Virus record (IMG/VR): IMGVR_UViG_3300035182_002586 | Coordinates: 464,958-528,957 of that record | Length of the DNA: 64,000 bases | Strand: one strand, 5' to 3' | In this document: positions 1 to 9,732 of the stretch, in pieces | Position numbering within the stretch: position 1 is the stretch's first letter | Layout of the letters: the number at the start of each line of letters is the position of its first letter | Program-made: the position numbers and the translations under genes | Notes under the pieces: generated by a model | What the model saw: only the letters and a program-made list of their open reading frames with translations | What the model was told of the DNA's origin: nothing | Databases searched by the model: none

Positions 1-69
1 CCGACCGGAGCATCACTGCCCATGCGTCCATCGAGGGCGAGAAGCGGCTGTCGAGGATCTCGTAGACCA

Positions 70-546
70 TCAGAACACCGCCAGTGCCCCAGCCACGAAG
101 CCCTCGGAGTAGACGACGAGGGCTTCGCGCTTCTTTTTGGTGAACGAGTCCCACTCGTTCACGGCGATCCCGAGCTTCCCGGTGGGGCCACCGTGGACCT
201 TGATGTCCCAGATGTGATCGTCCCGGTCCAGAGACCAGAGGACTTCCTTGAGGTTCGCGGCCAGAGCTTCGAGAACCTTGACCTCGCTGCACGTCACCAG
301 GCGAACGTAGCGGCCGCTGTACTCCTCCTGCCAGACGGGGCACTCGGGCCGCCCGTCGATGCCGCCCCAGCAGTAGTCGCTGAACGGGTCTCCGAGTCCC
401 TTCCGAGAGCAGTCGATGTCCTCTGCGCTCGGCTTGTAGTCCCCACAGCCGGGGCAGACCTCGCCGCTCCCGACCCTAGGGGCACTCTCGCCTTCGCCTT
501 CCGCCTTGGTGGCGTCCTCCCCGGGGAGCACTTCGTCGTCTTCCAT
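70..546 (-). CDS. Hypothetical phage protein (MEDDEVLPGE...)
   Basis: ATG at 546 inside track ORF 70..633; GGTGTA motif (tacacc 557-562) just upstream. Confidence 0.5.
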   Translation of the reverse strand: MEDDEVLPGEDATKAEGEGESAPRVGSGEVCPGCGDYKPSAEDIDCSRKGLGDPFSDYCWGGIDGRPECPVWQEEYSGRYVRLVTCSEVKVLEALAANLKEVLWSLDRDDHIWDIKVHGGPTGKLGIAVNEWDSFTKKKREALVVYSEGFVAGALAVF

Positions 547-596
547 GCCCCCAAAGTACACCGGGAACCGGCACCCGAAAGAAAGTTGAGGGAGCC

Positions 597-625
597 GATG
601 GATCAGCACCCCCTCGCACGGTAGT
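597..625 (+). promoter_or_regulatory. Class I bipartite promoter-like motif GATGGATC(G)-N16/17-GTAG (first of about 20 plus-strand copies)
   Basis: Copies start at 597, 1680(var), 3299, 5181, 12837, 14832, 15175, 17416, 18669, 21014, 25283, 25765, 26812, 28233, 28925, 29454(var), 53660, 54498, 55741, 56344; GTAG (GTAC/GTAA/GTTA variants) begins 24-25 nt after the first G; usually followed by an RBS and ATG. Confidence 0.85.
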
Positions 626-631
626 AGGAGC

Positions 632-1279
632 ATGGCCCGCTACCTCCCCAAGAAGACCGGCGCACACACCTACGACAACAACGTCCTCGTCGCGAGCGAG
701 ATCGGCCTCACGGTCAAGGTCTACTCCGAGAGCGTCCAGGTCATGTCGGACATCTTCGAGTACCAGACCTTCGCGGTTTGCTACAACCAGGCGACGGACT
801 CGTTCGAGTCGCGGTACGTGAACTCGGACTACGGCTCCACGACGGCGTACGCCGAGGTCGACGCCGAGCCCGAGCTGATGGTCCGCTACGCGGCGTGGCA
901 GGTCGAGCAGGCGGCGGAGAACGCCGGCTTCCACCACTCGCGCGAGCTGGACGAAGCGCGGAACGAGCTGCGTCACGTCAAGTACGGCCGCAACGTCAAG
1001 GTTGTCCGTGGCCGCAAGGTCCCGGTGGGCACGACCGGTCGCGTGTTCTGGACCGGCGACAGCAAGTACGGCGCCCGCGTGGGCATCGAGCTGGCCTCCG
1101 GCGAACGCGTGTTCACGGCGACCCACAACGTCGAGGTCGAGGTCGACCCGGCCGAGGTCGCGAAGGTCGAGACGGTGTTCGCCAAGAGCGCCGTCCGCCA
1201 GGCGGCCAAGTTCGCCGCCGAGCGTGCCGCTGCGGTGGCGGCTGCCGAAGCGAAATACGCGGCCGCCCTGGCCGCGTGA
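632..1279 (+). CDS. Hypothetical phage protein with SH3/KOW-like C-terminal segment (VKVVRGRKVPVGTTGRVFW)
   Basis: 215-aa ORF, RBS GGAG, directly after a class I motif, strong C-ending codon bias. Confidence 0.75.
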   Translation: MARYLPKKTGAHTYDNNVLVASEIGLTVKVYSESVQVMSDIFEYQTFAVCYNQATDSFESRYVNSDYGSTTAYAEVDAEPELMVRYAAWQVEQAAENAGFHHSRELDEARNELRHVKYGRNVKVVRGRKVPVGTTGRVFWTGDSKYGARVGIELASGERVFTATHNVEVEVDPAEVAKVETVFAKSAVRQAAKFAAERAAAVAAAEAKYAAALAA

Positions 1280-1305
1280 CCCCAACGAGACGAAAAGAGG
1301 CACCC

Positions 1306-1662
1306 GTGGGAATCATCGCAGACATCTACCGAAGTGGCATGGGCGACTGCTCCAACGGGGGCCTCTCGTCGAAGCACCAGAAGGTCTTGATCGTGAACGC
1401 CGAAGGGCCATTCGATCCGACCCCGACGTGCCCGGCCGTCCTGCTCCGCAAGGGGCCGATCAACACCATCCACGCGGTCCCCGCCAAGCTCGACGTGTAC
1501 GGCAAGTGGGTCCCCGAAGACGAGACGTTCAGCTTCGGGGGCACCTACGTCGCGTGCTGCGACAGCCGCTTCGGCGCCGCGGTCCGCCGGGTCGGCGGGC
1601 AGGACATCTACGGCGCGATCGCGTTCCACGACCGTCCCTGGTCCGACCTTGGGCCGGGCTGA
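1306..1662 (+). CDS. Conserved-looking phage hypothetical protein (GDCSNGGLSS...FGGTY...DSRF...FHDR)
   Basis: GTG start at 1306 after GAGG; motif pattern recalled from phage/plasmid hypotheticals. Confidence 0.65.
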   Translation: MGIIADIYRSGMGDCSNGGLSSKHQKVLIVNAEGPFDPTPTCPAVLLRKGPINTIHAVPAKLDVYGKWVPEDETFSFGGTYVACCDSRFGAAVRRVGGQDIYGAIAFHDRPWSDLGPG

Positions 1663-1751
1663 GAGGCCGCCCGATTCCCGATGGGTCACCCCGGAGGGCG
1701 CGTTGTAGTCCCGAACGCGCTCCCAACCCCAACCCTCAGGAGTGTGCCCTC

Positions 1752-1958
1752 ATGGCTCGTTTCGACCTCAAAGAGATCCTGGACATCTGCGTCACCAAGC
1801 ACGGCTGCCGTATCGAGTACTATGGATCACACGTCCGCGTGCTGCCGCCCGACCCGAAGATGGGCATGGTCGGGATCTCGCAGCACCCGAGCGATCACCG
1901 GGCGATCCGGAACTTCATCGCGCAGCTCCGGCGCGCGGGCATCGACGTGAAGGTGTAA
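1752..1958 (+). CDS. Putative HicA-like small protein
   Basis: 68 aa: GSH-V-x-V-x-PP...HPSDHRAIRNFIAQLRRAG resembles the HicA dsRBD-like fold; RBS AGGAG. Confidence 0.45.
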   Translation: MARFDLKEILDICVTKHGCRIEYYGSHVRVLPPDPKMGMVGISQHPSDHRAIRNFIAQLRRAGIDVKV

Positions 1959-1967
1959 GAGGATCCC

Positions 1968-2378
1968 ATGACCTGCGAGCACCTGACCGGCTGCCACAAG
2001 AACTCGAAGGGCGATCGCGTCTGCAACGGCTGTGGTCTTGTGAATCCCCGCCGGCACTCGTGGCGGGGCCGCAAGCACGACGTGAAGTGCCGCCACTGCG
2101 GGATGGTCCGCAAGCACCTCGGGGGCGGCGTGTGGGCCTGCCAGACCAAGGACGGCAAAGCCCTCGTCGGAAGCGTGCACGAGTGCCCGCCAGAGCCCGA
2201 GGTGTGCGGGGACAAGGTGATCGTCGCCGACGGTGAGCAGGTCACGTGCTCCCTGGAGAAGGATCACCCGGTCGTGGGCATCGACAACGGCAAGACCCGC
2301 AAGTACCAGTTCCACCAAGGTGGCGAGTGGGTGTGGGACGAGAAGTGCGCCTGGAAGAAAGGCGAGGAACCACGATGA
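1968..2378 (+). CDS. Cys/His-rich hypothetical protein
   Basis: Multiple CxxC motifs; RBS AGGA. Confidence 0.6.
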   Translation: MTCEHLTGCHKNSKGDRVCNGCGLVNPRRHSWRGRKHDVKCRHCGMVRKHLGGGVWACQTKDGKALVGSVHECPPEPEVCGDKVIVADGEQVTCSLEKDHPVVGIDNGKTRKYQFHQGGEWVWDEKCAWKKGEEPR

Positions 2379-3115
2379 ACGCCGTGTTCCGCATCGTCCG
2401 TTGGGTGCTCGGCCAGTTGTGGGAGAAGATCAACCTCCCGGCCATCTACCGGGAGCTGCGCGCCCTCGGCAAGAAGCACGGCAAGCGGTTCTTCTGGGCG
2501 GCGCTCATCTGGGAGCTGATCGAAGATGTGCTCTTCCCGTACCTCTCGTGGCTCGCCGGGATGCCCGAGCTGATCCCCCTCTTCCTCGTGCTCCACTTCG
2601 AGCCCATCGTCTACCCCGTCTTCTTCTGGGCCTTCCGCACGTACGACCGCTACAAGGACCGCGAGCCATGGGAGCCGGACCGCAGCGCGCAGTCGAGCCA
2701 CTGGCGCTCGGCCGTGAAGGTCGGTGTATACAAGGTCGCCTCGCTCGGGTGGTTCACCGCCGTCTTCCTCGCGTGGCACGCGACGCCGAAGATGCTCGTC
2801 CTGTACGCCGTCCTGATGGCCCTCTTCGGGTTCATCCACGAGCGCATCTGGCACGACTCGAACTACGGGATCCTCCCGAACGATGTGGTTGAGGTCCGCC
2901 GAATCACCATGAAGGCCCTCACGTACCGCATCGTGTCGACGATGATCTTCTACCCCTTCCTTCGCGCCACCCTCGGGACGGTGCCCTGGAAGCTCCTCCT
3001 GCTCTGCCAGGGAGTCGGGCTCGTCCTCTACATCGTCCTCGAATCCGTGTGGGCGCGCTCCATGTGGGGCTGCTCCCCCGTCTCGCAACCCAAGACTGAG
3101 GAAGTGCCATGCTGA
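2375..3115 (+). CDS. Membrane protein with tandem DUF2061-like repeats
   Basis: RSAVKVGVYKVAS...FIHERIW and KALTYRIVST patterns, several hydrophobic helices; ATGA overlap with the upstream gene. Confidence 0.6.
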   Translation: MNAVFRIVRWVLGQLWEKINLPAIYRELRALGKKHGKRFFWAALIWELIEDVLFPYLSWLAGMPELIPLFLVLHFEPIVYPVFFWAFRTYDRYKDREPWEPDRSAQSSHWRSAVKVGVYKVASLGWFTAVFLAWHATPKMLVLYAVLMALFGFIHERIWHDSNYGILPNDVVEVRRITMKALTYRIVSTMIFYPFLRATLGTVPWKLLLLCQGVGLVLYIVLESVWARSMWGCSPVSQPKTEEVPC

Positions 3116-3333
3116 CCGACGCCATGAAGCGTGAAATCGTGGAGTACACCCTGGCCTTCTCGAAGGGCCTCATCGAAGACGACCAGTCGTGCCCCGAGGT
3201 CTGCAAGGCCGTCGACGACAAGGCCGTCACGTGGGGCGAGCTGGAAGAGTACGTGGAGAAGTGCAAGGAGGCCCTCCTCAAGAATCTCCCCTGACCCGGA
3301 TGGATCGTCGCCCCCTCGCACGGTAGTGGAGTC

Positions 3334-3570
3334 ATGGCCCTCGTCGTCCACGTCACCAAGTCGAAGTCGGTTGCCGTTGCCTCGTTCGCTGAGGCGGCCA
3401 AGCTCGTGGTCGCGCAGTGGGGCTCCAAGAGCTACCACGCGATGTACCGCGACCCCAAGGCGGGCATCATCGAGCAGGACGGCGTGCCCTACGCGCACGT
3501 CTCCTACAACGGCCGCGTGTGGGCGACCCCGAACCGCCTCGCGAACAACGCCCCCGAGATCGCGATCTGA
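3334..3570 (+). CDS. Hypothetical protein (SYNGRVW motif)
   Basis: Follows the class I motif at 3299; RBS GGAG. Confidence 0.7.
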   Translation: MALVVHVTKSKSVAVASFAEAAKLVVAQWGSKSYHAMYRDPKAGIIEQDGVPYAHVSYNGRVWATPNRLANNAPEIAI

Positions 3571-3592
3571 TGTCCCTAGTGTCGTAAGCACG

Positions 3593-4144
3593 TCACTTCC
3601 TGGAGTCGTGTGCGGCCACAACTTTGCGGCATAGAGCCACGAACTCCTCGTCAGACATGTCGTGCTTCGCAGTGTTGACCTCCAACAGAACCCATCGGAG
3701 GTTACCCCTTACGGAAAGGCCGCCTTTAGACCGCGGTACTATGTGATCCAGGCTAGCGTTGACCCCTGGAATAAGCGGCTCACCTGTCACCGCACACAGC
3801 CCACACTGTTCATCCCAGATAGACTGTAGAAGGGCCGTACCACCGTTCTTAGTTTGGAGCCCATATGGATTCCCGATGCCCTGGAACCAGTGGTACAGAC
3901 AGAGAATGTTCGTCACCGCCTTCTGCTTACAGCGAATGCACCACCCGTTCGCCAGTCGCGCCCCTTTCCAAGACTTGATGTACGTCCTGTACTGTTCTCG
4001 TTGTTCACTGGTCAGAGGTTTTCGAGTGGTGCGGCGGCACTCCTTACAGGGCATTCTCGGCCGCCCACTCGTCATCGAGTAGAAGTCTTTTCGAGGTTTG
4101 GGGAGCGAGCAGTCCCGGCACCGGATCAGTTCTACGTCTGACAT
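3593..4144 (-). CDS. HNH endonuclease (free-standing, homing-type)
   Basis: ASLDHIVPRSKGG...GNLRWV...VNTAKH HNH core, CAVTG zinc knuckle, N-terminal CxxC segment; antisense to neighbours, visibly lower GC. Confidence 0.85.
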   Translation of the reverse strand: MSDVELIRCRDCSLPKPRKDFYSMTSGRPRMPCKECRRTTRKPLTSEQREQYRTYIKSWKGARLANGWCIRCKQKAVTNILCLYHWFQGIGNPYGLQTKNGGTALLQSIWDEQCGLCAVTGEPLIPGVNASLDHIVPRSKGGLSVRGNLRWVLLEVNTAKHDMSDEEFVALCRKVVAAHDSRK

Positions 4145-4160
4145 TTGCTACCTAAGAGCT

Positions 4161-5171
4161 ATGACACACCTCGACAAGATCGGCTTCTACACCCTGCAAG
4201 ACGAACGCGCCCGCACGTGTAGCACCACGTCCCCCATGACACGGGCGTGCTTCATGATCACCGGGCGTTGTAACTTCCGTTGCGTTTATTGCAACGGCTC
4301 GGTGTGCGACCGGGACTTCACCGTCGAGCAGGTTGGCGCGCTGCTCACGGACCTAGCCAACCACCAGATCCAGGCGGTCCGCTTCACGGGCGGGGAGCCG
4401 ACCTTGCACCGTGACCTGCTCACGATGGTTCGGACCGCGCGCGACCTCGGGATCCCGAAGATCGCCGTCTCGACGAACGGGGCCGCACGCCCCGAGCTGT
4501 ACCGCGAGCTGGTCGAGGCCGGGGTCAACGACTTCTCGATCTCGGCCGACTGCCAAGACCTGGAGCTGGCCGCGAAGCTCTCGGGCCGCCCGGGGACGTG
4601 GGACCGGGTGAAAGAGAACATCCGGATGCTCTCGAAGCTCACCTACGTGATCATCGGGACCACCATCACGGAAGAGAACCTCGCGCAGATCCCGGAGACA
4701 CTGGCGTTTCTCGGAGCCCTTGGGGTGGCCGACATCAAGCTGGCGACGGCGACACAGCTCAGGAGGGATATCCCCCTCGACATTCTCGACAAGATCTCGC
4801 CCGAGCTGCTCGAACGGATGCCCGTCCTACGCTACCGGATCGAGCACTACAAGGCCGGGAGACCGGTTCGGGGGCTCGTCGAGGGTCGGGACAGCCACCA
4901 CTGCTGGTGGGTCCAGGACGACATCGTGCTGACCCCCGATGGCCACTACCCGTGCATCGTGTACCCCCGGGAGAAGGGGACGCCGATCGGACCCCTCGCG
5001 TCCGTGGCGGAGATGCGGGAAGCCCGCCTCGCGTGGGCGCGCAGCCGGGACACCCACGAGGATCCCATCTGCGTGCCCTACTGCATGGACATCTTCGCCG
5101 ACTGCAACAAGCGGATCGAGGACCTCCAGGGGCTCGTCCCGGCTTCCAGGCTGAGGCGAACCACGGCCTGA
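4161..5171 (+). CDS. Radical SAM protein (MoaA/SPASM-like)
   Basis: CNFRCVYC (CxxxCxxC), FTGGEPTLH, C-terminal Cys cluster (C..., PC, ICxxxC...C); ATG at 4161. Confidence 0.9.
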   Translation: MTHLDKIGFYTLQDERARTCSTTSPMTRACFMITGRCNFRCVYCNGSVCDRDFTVEQVGALLTDLANHQIQAVRFTGGEPTLHRDLLTMVRTARDLGIPKIAVSTNGAARPELYRELVEAGVNDFSISADCQDLELAAKLSGRPGTWDRVKENIRMLSKLTYVIIGTTITEENLAQIPETLAFLGALGVADIKLATATQLRRDIPLDILDKISPELLERMPVLRYRIEHYKAGRPVRGLVEGRDSHHCWWVQDDIVLTPDGHYPCIVYPREKGTPIGPLASVAEMREARLAWARSRDTHEDPICVPYCMDIFADCNKRIEDLQGLVPASRLRRTTA

Positions 5172-5215
5172 ACTTTCCCCGATGGATCGATCCCGGGTCG
5201 CGTTGTAGAGGGTAC

Positions 5216-5875
5216 ATGGCCCTCATTCACACCATCCAGGTCGTCGACGAGAAGCGCAACCACTCAACCGTCAGCTCGACCCGCAAGAGCGAGACGCGCC
5301 GCTACCTGGCGTGCATCGTCGCGACGACGACCGAGGCGAGCCTCAAGATCGACGCCGGCAAGAAGGCGGCCGTCGAGGCCGAGCTGGTGACCGCCAAGGC
5401 CCGGCTGGCCGAGCTGACGGCCAAGTTCGGGATGACCCCGGAAGAGGCCGAGGCCAAGCACGAGGTCGAGAGCGACCGTTGGTACAACCGTGAAGACGGG
5501 ATCTTCGAGACGGGCCAACGCATCCGTCTGGCGAAGAGTGGGAGCACGTACGGCCACGTCCACAACCTGGACAGCATCGTCAAGGCCGACCTCCTCGCGC
5601 GCGGCTTCGTTGACCCCTATGACAAGAGCGGGACGTACGGCATCTGCGACGTGTACTCCACCGTCCGGCGTTGCGAAGCCACCCTCAAGGGCTGGTTCAA
5701 GCTCACCCTTGGCTCGGAAGGCGTCATCTCGTGGCACGGGACGACGGACCTGGCGCAGAAGGCGATGGGCAGCCTCGACTACATCCGCGAGCGGGGCGAC
5801 ACGCTGGCCATCCGTACGGACATCACCATCACCGAGACCAAGAAGCGCGCCAAGAAGAACGAAGCGGCGGAGTGA
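5216..5875 (+). CDS. Hypothetical protein
   Basis: ATG after the class I motif at 5181; phage-type codon bias. Confidence 0.7.
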   Translation: MALIHTIQVVDEKRNHSTVSSTRKSETRRYLACIVATTTEASLKIDAGKKAAVEAELVTAKARLAELTAKFGMTPEEAEAKHEVESDRWYNREDGIFETGQRIRLAKSGSTYGHVHNLDSIVKADLLARGFVDPYDKSGTYGICDVYSTVRRCEATLKGWFKLTLGSEGVISWHGTTDLAQKAMGSLDYIRERGDTLAIRTDITITETKKRAKKNEAAE

Positions 5876-5980
5876 CCCTCGGGCACCACCAGCTCTCAGA
5901 TCTGATAGATCAGCGCCTCAAAGTGGCGACAATATACCAGATCTGAGAGTCCACGGGGTGTATGGACGGAGGACTGAACC

Positions 5981-6259
5981 ATGAGCTACGACCCCGACGA
6001 GGACTACGACGACGAGGACTACGACGACGAGGACTACGACGACGAGGATGCGGGCGACTTCGACCTCGACGACGAGGACGACCGCTCGATGTTCGCCGAC
6101 CCCGGTGGCAAGAGCGCCCTGCGCGCGGCGACCCCGGACAACCCCCGGGACCTCCCGTGCCCGACCTGCCACCAGCCGGACAAGCTCACGCCCGCCGACA
6201 AGGCGCTCGGCTACCAGTGCGACGACTGCGCCGACCGGGCCGAGGGCGGGGGCTATTGA
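5981..6259 (+). CDS. Acidic-repeat (YDDED x3) zinc-finger protein
   Basis: 15-nt tandem repeat gaggactacgacgac; C-terminal CPTC...CDDC; RBS GGAGG. Confidence 0.75.
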   Translation: MSYDPDEDYDDEDYDDEDYDDEDAGDFDLDDEDDRSMFADPGGKSALRAATPDNPRDLPCPTCHQPDKLTPADKALGYQCDDCADRAEGGGY

Positions 6260-8540
6260 TGCCCAAGCCGAAGAAGCCGAGCCGCAAGGACCTCCACAAG
6301 GCCGCGCAGAAGCTCCTCTTCGCGCTCGCGATCTACCCGAACTACCGCGTCGACAGCCGGGGCCCGAGGGGGTGCCTCCTCGACGCGCTCGATGTTCTCG
6401 ACCCCAAGGCAGCGGCTAAGCTCCGAGACGGACAAGACGCCCACGACCTGCTCGATGAGGAAGGCTGACCATGCACGTCTGCAAGGAAGAGACGAAGGAA
6501 GTCGTGCTCCCGGTCCTTGGCCGCTGCACCGTGGCCGAGGTCAAGAACGAACCCGGCCACTACCTGTGGCTGGACCTCATGGGTTGGCACGACTGCACGC
6601 GGGGCGAAGACGCCATCATCCGGAGCCAGAAGTCGTGAACCAGCGCGATGTCGTGTACCCCGGCCACCCGATCACCGTGGCCCTCATCATCACGCAGGTG
6701 TTCCCCAACTTCGAGGGGGCCAACTACAACGCGCTCGGTTCCAGCGCCATTCCCGGTGCGGGCGGCAACGTCCACCAGGCGCTCGACCTCCTCCGGGACG
6801 CGAAAGACGGCAAACCCCTCGACGAGGTGTTCGCGGAAGCCGACAAGGCTTGGGCCGAGTGTGATGCACAGGCGAAGGGAGGCTACGCCGGCAACGAGGA
6901 GCACCGCAACCACTTCGTCGAACGCTGGATGGAAGGTCAGGAGCAGGCGGACAAGGTGAAGGACGAGCTGCGCGCCCGCCTCACCCCCTGGCTACTCGCT
7001 GTCCCGGGCCGCTAGGCGGAGCGCCTCTTCACGCGCGCCACGCTTGGCAGCGCGCTTCATCCGCTTCTCGACCGCCCGATCCGCCTTGGTCTTCGGGTTG
7101 CTGGAAGTCCCGTGCGGCCGCCCATCGATGTAGGCTTGCACGGTCCCGGATCCGTAGACCTCACGTCCGAGACGCTTTTCCATCGTCGCCATGACTCACC
7201 TCAGAGAGGCCAGCTCTTCGAGCGTCGTGATCGGCCGCGCACTCAGGACGACCGCTCGACTCCAGCCCATGGAACGAAACTCGCTCTGCCCCGGCGTTCC
7301 CGCCACGGGGATCTCGAACATCCCCCACGAGGGGTCCCCGCCGTCCGCGTGCGCTACGAACGAGAGGTCCGCCGTCACCACGAAGTGCGTCGGCTGCCGG
7401 ATCCAAGGGCGGTCCGAGTCCACGTAGCGGCCGGCAGCGTACGCCGCAGCGTAGGCACCCGTCAGATGTGGGACGAGCAGCGCCGCCGACTGCGGCGTGT
7501 GCGTCACCAGGAAGACCTTTGCCTGCTTCCCCTTCGGCCAGCCGATGGGCACGTACGTGTACCCCGTGACTGCCGGAAACCCCGCCCACTCACCCTTGAT
7601 CAGCATCTTGGCCATACTGCCCGACTGTAACACAGGATCATCGGGGGTTGTCGAGGGTAGGACACGATGGGCTGCCCTGCGAACCGCCTCCTCCGACACC
7701 TCGTGCCCCTCGACCTGGAGCGACTGTCGAACGCTCCGTATCAGGGCGTCGCTGACCAGAACACCAGGCGGGGCCCGGCGCCGGGGACGCGCCAGAAGCT
7801 CGCTCAGCTTCGTGTCCGGGGTGACCTTCACAACGAGGTTGTGCCCGTCCACCCACAGCCGGGACACCCGATCCGCCGCTGCGGTGGGTAGGACGTGAGC
7901 ACGACGCCCCCGCTGATGTCGTACAACTCCGTCTTGCAGTGGTCGCAAGCGAAGCCACAGGGGCTTGCACCCCCTCCAACGATCACCGCATGGATCCGGT
8001 CCCGCATCTGCTCCGTAACCCCCTCGCGGAGCGGGATCTGCTGGCTCTGGATCGCGAGGACCCTATCTGCACGCTCCTGCGCCTTCCGGGCACGCGACTC
8101 TTCTCGCCACGCCTTCTCTTCGTTGAGCGTCCTCATGCGCTCCTAGTACACCACGGTCCGGTGTAAGCCCCTCACATGGGTGCGACCCGGACCGTTCGCG
8201 TTGACGCGCTTCTCGTCGAGTACATGCAGGCCACCGCCTCGGTCAGAAAACTCCGAGATCGCACGAAGGTTCTGCAACGCCAGATCCTCTTGAAGGCGGG
8301 CTGGAAGGTCCACGCTCCGGGTTCCACGGGATGGCTGAAAGGGATCGAGCGGCACGTCGCCTCGAACCCCAAGTCCAAGGTGACCGCCGGGTTCTACCAA
8401 CGCTACTACGCGAACAAGGAGGTCTGGGTCGATCCCGTCATGAAGGATCTCCTCTTCATGGTGTCCTACGCCTGGACCCGGCATTTCGGGCGAATCAGCC
8501 GCTCCTGCGATCTCATCGCCAACGGTGTAGAGGCACGAGC

Positions 8541-8885
8541 ATGAAGAAGTGGACACCGTGGACGCGTGACCTCGCGTTCGACTTCATCGCGAGAGCCATC
8601 CCCGTGATGAAAGACGCCGGGTACGCGTGCGCCCTCGCGGGAAGTCTCCTGATCAAGAACGAGAGTCAGAAGGATCTGGATCTGGATCTCGTTCTCTTCC
8701 CCTACGACAACACCAAGTCACGCGTGGACGATGCTCTCGAAGCCCTCCGGTCCCTCGGGATGGCCTGCGTGTTCGACGTGGCGTTCGTACACGAGAAGTG
8801 GGCGAACCAGGGGAGCACGGATCGAAAGCACGTCGAGGTGTGGGAGTACGACGGCCACCGCATCGATGTCTTCTGGCTGGAGTGA
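8541..8885 (+). CDS. Putative minimal nucleotidyltransferase (Pol-beta superfamily-like)
   Basis: ALAGSLL...KDLDLDL (GS...DxD) plus distal IDVF acidic residue. Confidence 0.55.
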   Translation: MKKWTPWTRDLAFDFIARAIPVMKDAGYACALAGSLLIKNESQKDLDLDLVLFPYDNTKSRVDDALEALRSLGMACVFDVAFVHEKWANQGSTDRKHVEVWEYDGHRIDVFWLE

Positions 8886-9213
8886 ACATGTCGAGTTACG
8901 GCGAACGAGTCCGCACTCTGCTCGAACACGGGACGGTCATCTGCGAGTGCCACACGTGCATGGGGTCGGACGGCACCGCTGTCCTCCGCATCCTGTGGGA
9001 CGATGGACACATCAGCGAGATGCCTTACTACAAGGTCGTCCCGTCGGACAAACCCGGACGCCCGCTCTTCAACGGGCAGCCCGCAACGGACGGCCGAACG
9101 CCGCGAGTACCGCAGCATCCCGTTCAAGCACCTGCACGGGAGGTATGACGCGACGTACCTCCCGGACCCCCTTCCTCGACACACGAGCCCTCTCACCCTT
9201 CCCTGAGGCCACG

Positions 9214-9732
9214 ATGATGCCCCGCAAGAACATGACGATCCGTGGGAACTACGCTCTCTTCTGGGGCCAGTGGCCGTCCAACTGGGAGGCGTCCCCCTTC
9301 ACCATCGACGGCAAGAGCTACACGTGCGTCGAGCAGTGGATGATGGCGGAGAAGGCTCGCCTCTTCGGCGACACCGTGGCGGAGGCCCGCATCATGGCGA
9401 CTGCGGACCCCGCGGATCAGAAGCGCTACGGCCGTGGCGTGAAGGGGTACGTCGAGGACCAGTGGGCGGCTGTCCGCTACCAGATCGTGCTTCGAGGCGT
9501 CGTCGAGAAGTACAGGCAGAACGAGCACTTGCGGGAGAAGCTCCTCGCGACGGGAGACCTCCAGTTCGTCGAGGCGTCCCCCGAAGACCGGGTGTGGGGC
9601 ATCGGCATGCGCGCGACGGATCCCGGTGCCGACAACCCCCGCCAGTGGCGGGGCCAGAACCTCCTCGGCAAGGCCACGACGGAAGCGCGGGAGACCATCC
9701 GCGCGGAGATGGCCCTCGCAGGCATCCCGTGA
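9214..9732 (+). CDS. NADAR (YbiA-like) family ADP-ribosyl/N-glycosidase
   Basis: FWGQWPSNW...EQWMMAEKARLFGD...K.YGR.V...KYRQN...LLATG...VEASPEDRVWGIG...GQNLLG hallmark motifs. Confidence 0.92.
   Translation: MMPRKNMTIRGNYALFWGQWPSNWEASPFTIDGKSYTCVEQWMMAEKARLFGDTVAEARIMATADPADQKRYGRGVKGYVEDQWAAVRYQIVLRGVVEKYRQNEHLREKLLATGDLQFVEASPEDRVWGIGMRATDPGADNPRQWRGQNLLGKATTEARETIRAEMALAGIP

Noticed and set aside
5990-6050. gaggactacgacgac repeats as a mini-CRISPR
   Set aside because: The units are contiguous, in frame and have no spacers, so this is a coding repeat
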